64,000 nucleotides of DNA from Candidatus Niyogibacteria bacterium CG10_big_fil_rev_8_21_14_0_10_46_36. GTDB lineage: Bacteria > Patescibacteriota > Minisyncoccia > 1-14-0-10-42-19. The notes under the pieces are model-generated. The model worked only from the letters and a program-made list of their open reading frames with translations. It did no database searches and was not told where the DNA came from. Below, piece after piece: positions 37,184-46,475 of the stretch (its first letter is position 1; each line of letters opens with the position of its first letter). The stretch is taken from NCBI GenBank assembly GCA_002772995.1, contig PFCO01000008.1, positions 23,150 to 87,149 of the forward strand, in the 5' to 3' direction. The translations under genes were made by a program, and so were the position numbers.

Positions 37184-40100
37184 ATGACCGAGTGGAGTTC
37201 AATAATTCCTCGTTTATTGAAGGTAATAATGTCGATATCGTACCGGGATGATTTGTTGGACGCGATACGGAACGATGCGGCGCTCAATTCCGCATTACAG
37301 GCAACTCCGTATGTAGCGTTTTTAAGCAAGCTGAATGCAGAGGAAAGAAAAGGATCTGACATAGGCAAGCAGTGGGCGAGCCTACCCAAGCGGGAGCCAA
37401 AAAAGGCAAAAAAGAAAGCAAGGCTATCGTCCGAAGCAGCAGCACTTGAAAAACGCATCAAATTAGAACTCGCTCAGTTTGTCCATAGTGGAAATATAAA
37501 AAGCGAGGACGATGTAGATGCGTTATACGAACAGATTCGGTCTTCCTTTGGGAAAGACATCAAGATAACGCAGTATCGTTTCGGAAAAAGGAAGTATAAA
37601 TCGCTCATCGATGATCTTTTATGGACGGGCGGGAAAGACGGAACATTTACGGCGCTGAAAGAGATAGTCCGCAAGGATCTCCCTATTGAAAAGTTTTCCG
37701 AATATCATCCGCATATTCCTGTTTCATTGGTAGAAAAAAAGAAGCAGGAAATCTCTGGAGTGACGCAGACATCGCTTCCGGTGAAGCTATTGCCAGGAGT
37801 GGGGAGACTGACTGACGACATCCGCCATGCAGATGCCAATTTCAGCTTTCCCGGTAATTCGTATCATGAGCCGTTTGTGATATCGGGAGGAAAATCAGAT
37901 TTTTCCTTTATCGTTATCAATGGCCCTCAGGTCGGCATGCAGTATAGCAAGGTTATTGCAGAGAATCCTGTTCGCTGTGCGCTTGCGCAGGCGGAACGGG
38001 ACAAGTGCGATGCGGTGCTTCTTACGGGAACTATCGATGTGGATACGAAAAAGGCTGCGGGCCCCACAAAAGCGCTTCGCGCGCTCTTTTCGGGGAGAAA
38101 TACGAATGTAGACATGTTAAATCCCATCTACCAGAAAGAGGCAAAGAGCATTTTAAGTGAGGCGATGGGGCGAGATATCGTCTATGAAACGACTGCGGAA
38201 ATCTTCTCCAACCTGTTAAGCGGATGGAGAAAGATAACTATTCAGCCCGATGAGCAGCCAGAATTTAACGGTGATGTGTTTATCGTATTCGGTCCGAAAG
38301 AAGAAGAGATTATCTTGGCAGGTGCGTATTGGGAACTGCATTACAATACCATGCGCAAGATTGATCTTATCTTGGCGGAGATTAGCGTTGCCCGCAGCGG
38401 TCTTGCACGTGCGAAAAAAAACGGCAATACCCGGGAAGAACGTAAGTTGGAAAACAAACTTCTCGAACTTCAGGATCTGCGTACGCGTACGCGTATGACA
38501 AATGTGAGCGTTGAAGACTGGAAAAAGATGTACCGTAAGATGCTTGCGTTTGTTGTCCGCAGCTTTGAACAGACAATTCCGAACGCAAAAGTTATCAATA
38601 AAGGGACGACCTATCTGAAGGTAAATGGGTCAGTGTTTGAGATGCATATCCCGAGCACGCTCCAGGTAACTGACGCACTGCTTTCAAAATTCGTAGGGTC
38701 GTATGCACATGCGACATTGCGAAAGAGCTTTGCTGACACTGTTGTGATATGCCATCCGTATGCGATAAACCACCGGGTAACAGCGCGCGAAATAGATGCT
38801 GAGGGCAAACGCCGTTCGGCAGAGATTCATGTAGCGCCTATCTGTGTTGACGGTGTGATATTGCGCGACCGGATAAAGACCATAACAAAGAGTGTTCACG
38901 CAATACAGCGGGCAGTGTTCCATCCGTTGTTCAACCCCGGGGTGCTGAAGTTCCGTTGCGCCAAGGGGCTCATCACGACAAGCATGTTCGGTATTGATGC
39001 GCTTCGCAAGCATCTTCGTATTCTTTCCGGCGCGGAAAGCAAAACCAAAATAGCAGATAAATATATTTATCTGTTTGTGGGGACTGATCCGCACTGGGGG
39101 AGCAGAAGCAAAGAATTTATCTGGTGCGACGAAAGGCGCGAGTATCTCGGCATGACCGAATGCGCGTTTCATCTGCTCCGGAAATACCGCAATATGAAAT
39201 CTTTGGGTGTTCACATGTTCGTTTCTAATGACGACATTACCCAGGGACATCATTTCCCTTCGCAAAAACAGCCGCACCAAAACCAGATGCCGTATGACTT
39301 CTTTGAAAAGAAATGGGGTGAGGCGATTGCTGAGGCTGAAAAAGTAGCGGAGAATAACGATCCGAAAGCGTTGTTCAAATTGCTTCGGGATATGAGAGAT
39401 CTTTCGCTAGACCAGATTCGCGTGCGCGGTATTGATTGGGTGCGTGACCAGCTTGAAGAGGTCCTATACCGCCACCTAAAACCGAATGTCGATATATTTG
39501 ACGGCATTCTTTCATCGGGAACGCGCGCAGGGCTTATAGTGAAAGGCGCGTCTCATTATCTGCAGACGCAGTTTGACCGGAGGGATATTGGTCTCATTAA
39601 TTTCGGCGACGGAAACCATTTTTCAAAGACGACAGACAGGAATCTTATGGAAAATACCATCGTTGCGCAGTACCTGCGGCTCCTGCTGGGTCAGATGAAA
39701 AAATGGGAAAAAGAAAAAGATCTTCTCGATGCCCTTGTCCGCGATCCGATACACGGCAATCAGTTTATCGGCTGGGGAACGGTAGAAGCGCCTGGCGGAT
39801 ATGTATGGGCGTTCGATCTCCGGAGCTCTCCTACGGGACTGGGAATTGATTGGAATGATCCGTTCCTGAAAATGTCACGCAATGACATGAAGCGCGGAAA
39901 CTTTACGCGGTTTTTTGAGAACAAGTATACGGTCAAGGTGGTAGGTGATAAGCATTTCTACACGACACAATGCACCGCTCAGGCACTGTATCTCATGGGA
40001 CCGCCGGGGACATCTACGGATGTATACGGTGAGCTTGGTTTTCCGCCGAATAATACGGGAATTCTTTTTGTAGGACTTCCGGCGGAAGGTCCTGATGCCG

Positions 40101-40201
40101 GGCCAATTCTTTTCCGGCCGCTCCTGTATGATCGTCTGCGCGAATATATAGAAGAGAAAAAACCATTTGATTGGGATTCATTCCTCCCCAATCCGTTATA
40201 A
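37184..40201 (+). CDS. large hypothetical protein with tandem calcineurin-like metallophosphoesterase domains (first degenerate)
   Basis: C-domain TDPHWG, NDDITQG, GDGNHF, VVGDKH; N-domain echoes FIVINGPQVG, DAVLLTG, VFIVFGPKE, DTVVICHPY; GAGGAGGT SD; TG-x-TATAAT upstream. Confidence 0.7.
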   Translation: MTEWSSIIPRLLKVIMSISYRDDLLDAIRNDAALNSALQATPYVAFLSKLNAEERKGSDIGKQWASLPKREPKKAKKKARLSSEAAALEKRIKLELAQFVHSGNIKSEDDVDALYEQIRSSFGKDIKITQYRFGKRKYKSLIDDLLWTGGKDGTFTALKEIVRKDLPIEKFSEYHPHIPVSLVEKKKQEISGVTQTSLPVKLLPGVGRLTDDIRHADANFSFPGNSYHEPFVISGGKSDFSFIVINGPQVGMQYSKVIAENPVRCALAQAERDKCDAVLLTGTIDVDTKKAAGPTKALRALFSGRNTNVDMLNPIYQKEAKSILSEAMGRDIVYETTAEIFSNLLSGWRKITIQPDEQPEFNGDVFIVFGPKEEEIILAGAYWELHYNTMRKIDLILAEISVARSGLARAKKNGNTREERKLENKLLELQDLRTRTRMTNVSVEDWKKMYRKMLAFVVRSFEQTIPNAKVINKGTTYLKVNGSVFEMHIPSTLQVTDALLSKFVGSYAHATLRKSFADTVVICHPYAINHRVTAREIDAEGKRRSAEIHVAPICVDGVILRDRIKTITKSVHAIQRAVFHPLFNPGVLKFRCAKGLITTSMFGIDALRKHLRILSGAESKTKIADKYIYLFVGTDPHWGSRSKEFIWCDERREYLGMTECAFHLLRKYRNMKSLGVHMFVSNDDITQGHHFPSQKQPHQNQMPYDFFEKKWGEAIAEAEKVAENNDPKALFKLLRDMRDLSLDQIRVRGIDWVRDQLEEVLYRHLKPNVDIFDGILSSGTRAGLIVKGASHYLQTQFDRRDIGLINFGDGNHFSKTTDRNLMENTIVAQYLRLLLGQMKKWEKEKDLLDALVRDPIHGNQFIGWGTVEAPGGYVWAFDLRSSPTGLGIDWNDPFLKMSRNDMKRGNFTRFFENKYTVKVVGDKHFYTTQCTAQALYLMGPPGTSTDVYGELGFPPNNTGILFVGLPAEGPDAGPILFRPLLYDRLREYIEEKKPFDWDSFLPNPL

Positions 40202-40232
40202 AACTGTAAAGCAGGATTTCCTGTGATATAGT

Positions 40233-40260
40233 AAAGAGAGTCCCACCGGACTCTCTTTTT
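40233..40260 (+). terminator. intrinsic terminator
   Basis: AAAGAGAGTCC-CACC-GGACTCTCTTTTT. Confidence 0.8.
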
Positions 40261-40272
40261 ATATATGCGTCT

Positions 40273-41373
40273 ATGGATATCGTAGCGAAGATGAAACGAG
40301 AATACCGCATTTATGAACGGTTGCGCCACAAGCGTACGCTGTGGATTGCCGGTAGCGCGCTATTTGTTCTCTGGTTTGTGATTACATCAATCACGCTTTT
40401 TTTGCCTCCGTATGATTTTCCGAGCGATAAGATATTTGATGTGGAAGACGGAAAGGGGTTGCAGCAGATCTCAAAAGAATTAAAAGAAAACGACGTTATC
40501 CGTTCTGCGTCGCTTTTTTCTTTTTTAATAAAACTATTCGGGCATGAGCGGAGTATTAAAGCGGGTCTCTACTATTTTGAACAGCCGCTTTCTTTGGTAG
40601 ACATTATGTACCGTCTTACGGACGGCAATTATGAAGTCACGCCGTTTCGGGCAACGATTAAAGAGGGGGCGACTATTTATGGGATGGGTCTTTTTTTTGA
40701 AGAGCGCGGTTTTTTTTCTGCTAACGCATTCTGGCATGCGGCAGGCCTGCATCCCGATCATTACGGTAATGACGGCGAATATCTACCGCTAGAAAATGAT
40801 TATAGTATGAAATCAGATCTCGTAAGCAAGCGGCCCACAGGAGAGGGGCTTGAGGGATTTTTGTTTCCGGACACATATTTTTTCCCGCCCGGCGTAACGC
40901 CGGAAGGGGTTGTGCATGCCATGCTTGAAAATTTTGATAGAAAGATAGTGCCCGATATTCGTGCAGAAATAGATCAACAGGGGAAGTCATTTTATGATGT
41001 TCTGATTATGGCGTCTATTATTGAGCGGGAAGCGCTGAACGGGGACGACGGGAAGATTATCTCAGGTATTCTATGGAAACGTCTTGCGAGCGACTACCCG
41101 TTGCAGGTGGATGCAGTTCTTTCGTATATTACGGGGCGCGGTTCGTTTGCTTTGAGTGCGGATGATCTTGATATTGATTCTCCATATAATGTATATAGGC
41201 GGATTGGTTTGCCGCCCACTCCCATATCAAATCCCGGGATAGAGGCAATAGAAGCGGCGCTCTACCCGGAAGAAACGGATTACTGGTATTATTTGCATGA
41301 TGCGGAGGGGCGTGCGCATTACGCGCGTACATTTGATGAACATAAAGAAAATAAAATAAAATATTTGAGATAA
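40273..41373 (+). CDS. mltG: endolytic transglycosylase MltG (YceG)
   Basis: LEGFLFPDTY, MASIIERE, LQVDA, SPYNVY..GLPPTPISNPG. Confidence 0.95.
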   Translation: MDIVAKMKREYRIYERLRHKRTLWIAGSALFVLWFVITSITLFLPPYDFPSDKIFDVEDGKGLQQISKELKENDVIRSASLFSFLIKLFGHERSIKAGLYYFEQPLSLVDIMYRLTDGNYEVTPFRATIKEGATIYGMGLFFEERGFFSANAFWHAAGLHPDHYGNDGEYLPLENDYSMKSDLVSKRPTGEGLEGFLFPDTYFFPPGVTPEGVVHAMLENFDRKIVPDIRAEIDQQGKSFYDVLIMASIIEREALNGDDGKIISGILWKRLASDYPLQVDAVLSYITGRGSFALSADDLDIDSPYNVYRRIGLPPTPISNPGIEAIEAALYPEETDYWYYLHDAEGRAHYARTFDEHKENKIKYLR

Positions 41374-41375
41374 AT

Positions 41376-42284
41376 ATGAGTGTATTCAAGCAGCACGGCG
41401 TTACCATAGGACTTGTGTGCGTTACTCTTCTAGCGCTTTTGTTTGCGTATCAAGGCAGAACAGGAGCAAAAAACGCATTATTGGAGTTAGAACACATTTC
41501 ACTTGCGCTTACCGGGCGCATAGCAGACCTGGACGCACTGATTGAAATGCAGGGCTATCAAATCCGTTCACTAAGAGAAGAGGGTTTTATAGAAGGGGAT
41601 AGCTTCCCTGCGCATGCTGAAACAGTTTCTAGAGCAACTGTCATTATCATTGATGAAGGGAGTGATATCGGTTCAGGATTTTTTATTGATTCAGGGGGCG
41701 TTATTGTAACCGCAGCGCATGTTATTGACGCTGCAGGAGATGGTTTTCAGGTACAAACATATGATGGCAGGACATTCGCAGGGAAAACGATAGCAAAAGA
41801 TAGTAGCGTAGACATTGCGCTTGTGCGTATTGCAGGAGAAGATTTTCCTTCGGTGGCATTGGGCTATTTTCAAAATATTGAAATTGGAGAAGAAATAGGT
41901 ATCGCGGGGTTTAATCGCGGGCTTTCGCGCATCCTCGTCCACAGAGGCGTTGTGTCTTCAAAGGATGAAGAGGGAGGCACAAAGCAGATAAGTATCAATG
42001 CATTTGTGAATAAGGGAAACAGCGGAGGTCCAATTTTTTCTGCGCTCACCGGGCGCGTGATAGGCATGGTGCAGGCGCGCCAAATTGATATTCCCAGCGA
42101 GAAACTTATCATACTTCCCCCGAACTATTCCTCGGGATTTGCGATTGGGGGGCTTGATCCGGTAAAGTTCAATGTAGAGCTCTATAATGAAACAGTGGCG
42201 CTTGTAGGCGATGTCTCGCAGGTAGGCATAGGATTTGGAGTAGCAAGCGAGCATATACGCGCCCTCGAGCAAAAAATAAAATAG
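41376..42284 (+). CDS. membrane-anchored trypsin-like serine protease
   Basis: GSGFFI, TAAHVI, DIALV, GNSGGP. Confidence 0.9.
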   Translation: MSVFKQHGVTIGLVCVTLLALLFAYQGRTGAKNALLELEHISLALTGRIADLDALIEMQGYQIRSLREEGFIEGDSFPAHAETVSRATVIIIDEGSDIGSGFFIDSGGVIVTAAHVIDAAGDGFQVQTYDGRTFAGKTIAKDSSVDIALVRIAGEDFPSVALGYFQNIEIGEEIGIAGFNRGLSRILVHRGVVSSKDEEGGTKQISINAFVNKGNSGGPIFSALTGRVIGMVQARQIDIPSEKLIILPPNYSSGFAIGGLDPVKFNVELYNETVALVGDVSQVGIGFGVASEHIRALEQKIK

Positions 42285-42314
42285 GACGCACGTGTGTGTC
42301 CTATTTTTTCTTAT

Positions 42315-42533
42315 TTATCTTGGGAATCTCCCGAGTTGTCCGCATTGGTTGAAAAAATGGAAGAGCAGTATTGGGAGCCATCCCAAAAACCATTTTCTTA
42401 AAAGTTTTCTTTGCTCTTCAACGGGTGTCGTTTTGCGTTTTTTTCTTTTTGCGATAGCGATGCCTGTAGTAATAATGATTCCTACAAAGAGGTAAAGGAC
42501 GATGCCTATAAGTATTTTATCCGCGAAGCTCAT
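42315..42533 (-). CDS. small membrane protein
   Basis: AAGGAGA SD; TM followed by basic cluster; GWLP motif. Confidence 0.55.
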   Translation of the reverse strand: MSFADKILIGIVLYLFVGIIITTGIAIAKRKKRKTTPVEEQRKLLRKWFLGWLPILLFHFFNQCGQLGRFPR

Positions 42534-42586
42534 TATGCTATCTCCTTGAATTTATTTGGTTTTTACCGTATCATGAGTGCACTAAT

Positions 42587-43669
42587 ATGTCAATGAATGC
42601 AGTAAAGAAAAAGGTGTTTGTGGCGCTTTCCGGCGGAGTAGATTCGTCGGTCGCGGCTTTGCTGCTTGCGCAAAGCGGGAAATATGAAGTGATTGGTGCG
42701 CATATGAAATGTTGGAGTGAGGGCGCGTATTGTACATCGGAGCAGGATGCTGAAGATGCGCGGCGTGTCGCCGAAATATTGAATATCCCGTTTTACGCAT
42801 TTGATCTTGAGAAAGAATACCGTGCATCAGTATACGAATATATGGTGCGTGAATACAAGGCGGGGCGCACACCAAACCCTGATGTTATGTGCAATAAAGA
42901 GATTAAATTCGGCATATTTTTACAAAAAGCGCTGTCTTTGGGGGCGGATTATATTGCTACCGGACACTATGTACGGGGAGACGAACATAATGGCGTGCAT
43001 ACGCTTTCTATCGCCGGAGACCAACACAAGGACCAAAGTTATTTTTTATGGACATTAACGCAAGAACAATTACGTCACGCACTTTTTCCACTGGGGGAGC
43101 ACACAAAAGACAAAGTGCGGGAGAAGGCGCGTGAATTCGGATTGCCGACTCATGCAAAGAAAGATTCGCAAGGGCTTTGTTTCGTGGGCGATATTGATTT
43201 TCGTTCATTTATGCAGGAAATTTTGCCGAAGCGCGAGGGGCAGGTTCTTACTGCCGCAGGAAAAGAGATTGGGACGCATGAAGGAGCGGAATTTTATACG
43301 ATAGGACAGCGGCATGGCATAGGTATCGGCGGAGGTATCCCATACTATGTTATTTCTACGGATGTACGGACAAATACGATAACAGTGGCGGAGGGTCCGT
43401 ATGAAGAAGCGTTATTTGCATCAGAGACATATGTAGCCGATATTCATTGGATTGCCGGACGCGCCCCCGTGTTGCCTTTGAAGTGTGATGTGCGCATACG
43501 ATACAGGCAACCGCTTCAAAAAGCGACAATAGTCCATGATGGAGATCGTATCAAAGTAGAATTTGAGAGTCCGCAGAGAGCTGTAACACCCGGCCAGTCC
43601 GTTGTTTTATATGCAACGGAAGAATCGTCTGTCGGCAGACAGATGCTCGGAGGAGGAGTTATTTCTTAA
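42587..43669 (+). CDS. mnmA: tRNA 2-thiouridylase
   Basis: SGGVDSS, TPNPDVMCNKEIKF, ATGHY, KDQSYFL, DSQGLCF. Confidence 0.97.
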   Translation: MSMNAVKKKVFVALSGGVDSSVAALLLAQSGKYEVIGAHMKCWSEGAYCTSEQDAEDARRVAEILNIPFYAFDLEKEYRASVYEYMVREYKAGRTPNPDVMCNKEIKFGIFLQKALSLGADYIATGHYVRGDEHNGVHTLSIAGDQHKDQSYFLWTLTQEQLRHALFPLGEHTKDKVREKAREFGLPTHAKKDSQGLCFVGDIDFRSFMQEILPKREGQVLTAAGKEIGTHEGAEFYTIGQRHGIGIGGGIPYYVISTDVRTNTITVAEGPYEEALFASETYVADIHWIAGRAPVLPLKCDVRIRYRQPLQKATIVHDGDRIKVEFESPQRAVTPGQSVVLYATEESSVGRQMLGGGVIS

Positions 43670-44621
43670 TGGCGAGACGCACAATATGATCTAGGAGAGC
43701 GGGGAATGAAAGCCCTATTGCTTCTGCAGATTTTGGCAATAGTGACTCTGATGTTAGTCCCGGAAGAGTGTTTATTTCTAATACCCACACGGTGTCGTTT
43801 GCGAGCATCATGTCGGTCCGCGAATAATGCCTGCACCCAAGCGCTTTGTGCGCACGGATAGCCGCATCTTGTATGTGTGTTTTTTCGCGCGGGGAAAATC
43901 TCCCCGGGCATATTTCCTGCGTTGAGCCGTCGTATTTGCATTGATAATCAAAAAATTTTCCTTTTGGAGGGATTATTTCTATGACGGGAAGCGCATAATA
44001 TGTTTCTTCCCGGAAGTTTTCAAGCACACCGCATGTTGCCTCTCTCCCGTTAATGTATTTTTCTACCAGTGCTGCTGAATCAATGCGGAGTGCTTCGGTG
44101 AGGGCGTCCGCAAGATTTGGGAGCGTGCGCACGATACTGACTCCTACTGATGAGCCTTTCCCTGCGGGCTTAACTACCCAGGGAGGAGCCATTGCCCTAT
44201 GCACTACGCGGCAGGTGTCTTCAACATCGTCTTCTGGTTTTACTAGGATTGACGGCAGTACTTTGAGTCCCGCACGCGAGAGCAGTTCTTTTGCCACGTT
44301 TTTTTTCATGGCAAATCGGGACGCGATAGCGTCCGAACCGGTATACGGAATGGCGTGCCGTTCAAGAATTTTTTGCACTGTTCCGTCTTCCCCATATTCG
44401 CCGTGCATCGCATTGAATGCGACATCAACATGCCGGAGAATTGTTTCAGGGGAGCGGACAATCCCTTTGTGGTGCCATTCTCCGTCGCGGGAAATGAATA
44501 TATCTATGCCTTTATACATCCCTTCAGGGAGGCTTCTCAAAACATTTTCGCCGGTTTTCAGCGAAACATCATATTCGGAAGACGGCCCTCCCCGTAGTAT
44601 GCCGACGGTTATTTTTGCCAT
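43659..44621 (-). CDS. ddl: D-alanine--D-alanine ligase
   Basis: GGPSSEYDVSL, HGEYGEDG, GSSVG, LEINTLPG. Confidence 0.96.
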   Translation of the reverse strand: MAKITVGILRGGPSSEYDVSLKTGENVLRSLPEGMYKGIDIFISRDGEWHHKGIVRSPETILRHVDVAFNAMHGEYGEDGTVQKILERHAIPYTGSDAIASRFAMKKNVAKELLSRAGLKVLPSILVKPEDDVEDTCRVVHRAMAPPWVVKPAGKGSSVGVSIVRTLPNLADALTEALRIDSAALVEKYINGREATCGVLENFREETYYALPVIEIIPPKGKFFDYQCKYDGSTQEICPGRFSPREKTHIQDAAIRAHKALGCRHYSRTDMMLANDTVWVLEINTLPGLTSESLLPKSAEAIGLSFPALLDHIVRLAIKK

Positions 44622-44623
44622 GG

Positions 44624-46474
44624 TTAGTTATCAAGATTATAAATGAATATCGATTTTCCTGCACGAGCGATGGGGGTTTTACCGCGAAGCCAATCATAGC
44701 GGTCTTGTTTCGGGATATCGAATCCCTTTACTGTGGTGCCCCATGCGGTTTGCCGGAGCGTTATTGAAATTGCAAACCACCCTCCGTCCGGTTCTCCTTT
44801 TGCCGAATACCATTCCTCGTACGCATCGCCTAGGTAATACCGCGGCGAGCCGCCCCCGAAGTAATTTAGGCGTATATGACTAATTTCTTGTTCGTCCACA
44901 AATGCTTTGAGCCGTTTTAAGTCCTGCCCCCAGTCATAGTTGGAATCGACAATATAGGAGTATCCATTGTCAGTACCTCCTGCAAGCGCGTTGTAATAAG
45001 AAAGATAATTCGGGAAGGCAAAAAGAACAGTGCCCGCCATCCATAGTAATAAGATGGAAACACACAGGAACTTAGGAATGCGCTTCATCATCATTTCATA
45101 TAATGATATGAGCCACTCTCTTATCGTCTGCGGGTCGGTAAAGGTGACATGATGGGTCCAGCGGACAATTTCACGCGCTACGATAAGAAAGATAAATGGA
45201 AATGTCGGCAAAACATGGCGTACGCCGATATTCAGGGGGCTTGCAATAGAACTTATCCAATAGATAACAACGAATAGTCCGCTTCCGGTAAGTACAAAGT
45301 TGTCGCGCATCCATTCAAGAGTAGAGGAAACTGCTTTTTCATGGCTCCGCGCAACCATAACCAAGAATAATATAAGCGCAAGTACTGTCAGGAGATGGAA
45401 CGCAAGCTGTTCTTTTAGAAGATATGCGACCGGAAAATAATCAAGCCAGCCGTTATTGGTAACTTCGCCCAAAAAGTATGTGGTATTCCCGTGCGTGCCG
45501 CGATTAACAACCATAAGGAGACCATGAGCGTATTGCGTGAGCGGGCGCAGCAGCGGGACTTCGCTTAATTGTATGAGCGTTTGTGCAACCGGCTGGAAGC
45601 GGACATCTTTTAAGTTAGACTGCATATCCCGTATCTGTATGTCTGGGGGGTAGTGCCAAACATGGAACGCGTATACCGCGTATATAAGCACAAGGCCAAT
45701 CAGCCCTATCAGAATGAGATTGCCAAGCAGCCGGGCTTCGTGTTTCAAAAAATGCACAAGCCGTTTTGGGAAAGAAGATAAGGAGCGCATATGGTCAAGG
45801 TGTGCTAGCAATATCCAGAGCGTCCCTAGAACCACAAATAACGGGATGAGGAGCACGAGGGAGAATTTAAGCAATTGAGCTACCCCAAAAGCAACACCGG
45901 CAATGCAGAGGTTTTTTTTGGTGGAGGATGAGAGATATCTAAAAAATGATGCGAGCCCTATAAAAAATGCAAAGGCCGCTGCAAGATCAGTAGTGACATA
46001 TCGGGCATGCGCGATAATGGTTGGCGAAGTGACGAAAAAGAATAGTGAGAGCAAACCCACCTTCTCGCCATACAAGCTTGAAGCCCAGCGATAGAACAGC
46101 CATCCAAACAGCATGGCTAGAAGCATGAGTGGGAGACGGGCCCAAAAAAGAATTTGATCGGGGTTATTTCCTGATTCGTACAAGAACACGGATCCCATTA
46201 TCCATTGGCCGTTTACATCTGTTTCCCAGGCGGGAATATCAGTGGGGAAGTTTAAATGCAAAAATAAAAGCGGGATTCCTGCGAGGTCTTTTGCAAGCGG
46301 AGGATGTTCGGGATTGAGCCGGTAGTCTTGCTCGGCTATATACGAATATGACGCAGGAATATGCGCCAACTCATCCATGATTGCTGATTCCGGGAGTGCA
46401 GAAAAGAGCGTCACGACAAAAAGTGCCGCAAGCATGAAAAGAGCTATTGAGTGTGATATGCGATGATTAATCAT
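44624..46474 (-). CDS. GT-C glycosyltransferase (family 39/ArnT-like)
   Basis: DELAH, NPEHPPLAK, DSNYDWGQDL; many TM. Confidence 0.88.
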   Translation of the reverse strand: MINHRISHSIALFMLAALFVVTLFSALPESAIMDELAHIPASYSYIAEQDYRLNPEHPPLAKDLAGIPLLFLHLNFPTDIPAWETDVNGQWIMGSVFLYESGNNPDQILFWARLPLMLLAMLFGWLFYRWASSLYGEKVGLLSLFFFVTSPTIIAHARYVTTDLAAAFAFFIGLASFFRYLSSSTKKNLCIAGVAFGVAQLLKFSLVLLIPLFVVLGTLWILLAHLDHMRSLSSFPKRLVHFLKHEARLLGNLILIGLIGLVLIYAVYAFHVWHYPPDIQIRDMQSNLKDVRFQPVAQTLIQLSEVPLLRPLTQYAHGLLMVVNRGTHGNTTYFLGEVTNNGWLDYFPVAYLLKEQLAFHLLTVLALILFLVMVARSHEKAVSSTLEWMRDNFVLTGSGLFVVIYWISSIASPLNIGVRHVLPTFPFIFLIVAREIVRWTHHVTFTDPQTIREWLISLYEMMMKRIPKFLCVSILLLWMAGTVLFAFPNYLSYYNALAGGTDNGYSYIVDSNYDWGQDLKRLKAFVDEQEISHIRLNYFGGGSPRYYLGDAYEEWYSAKGEPDGGWFAISITLRQTAWGTTVKGFDIPKQDRYDWLRGKTPIARAGKSIFIYNLDN

Positions 46475-46475
46475 A

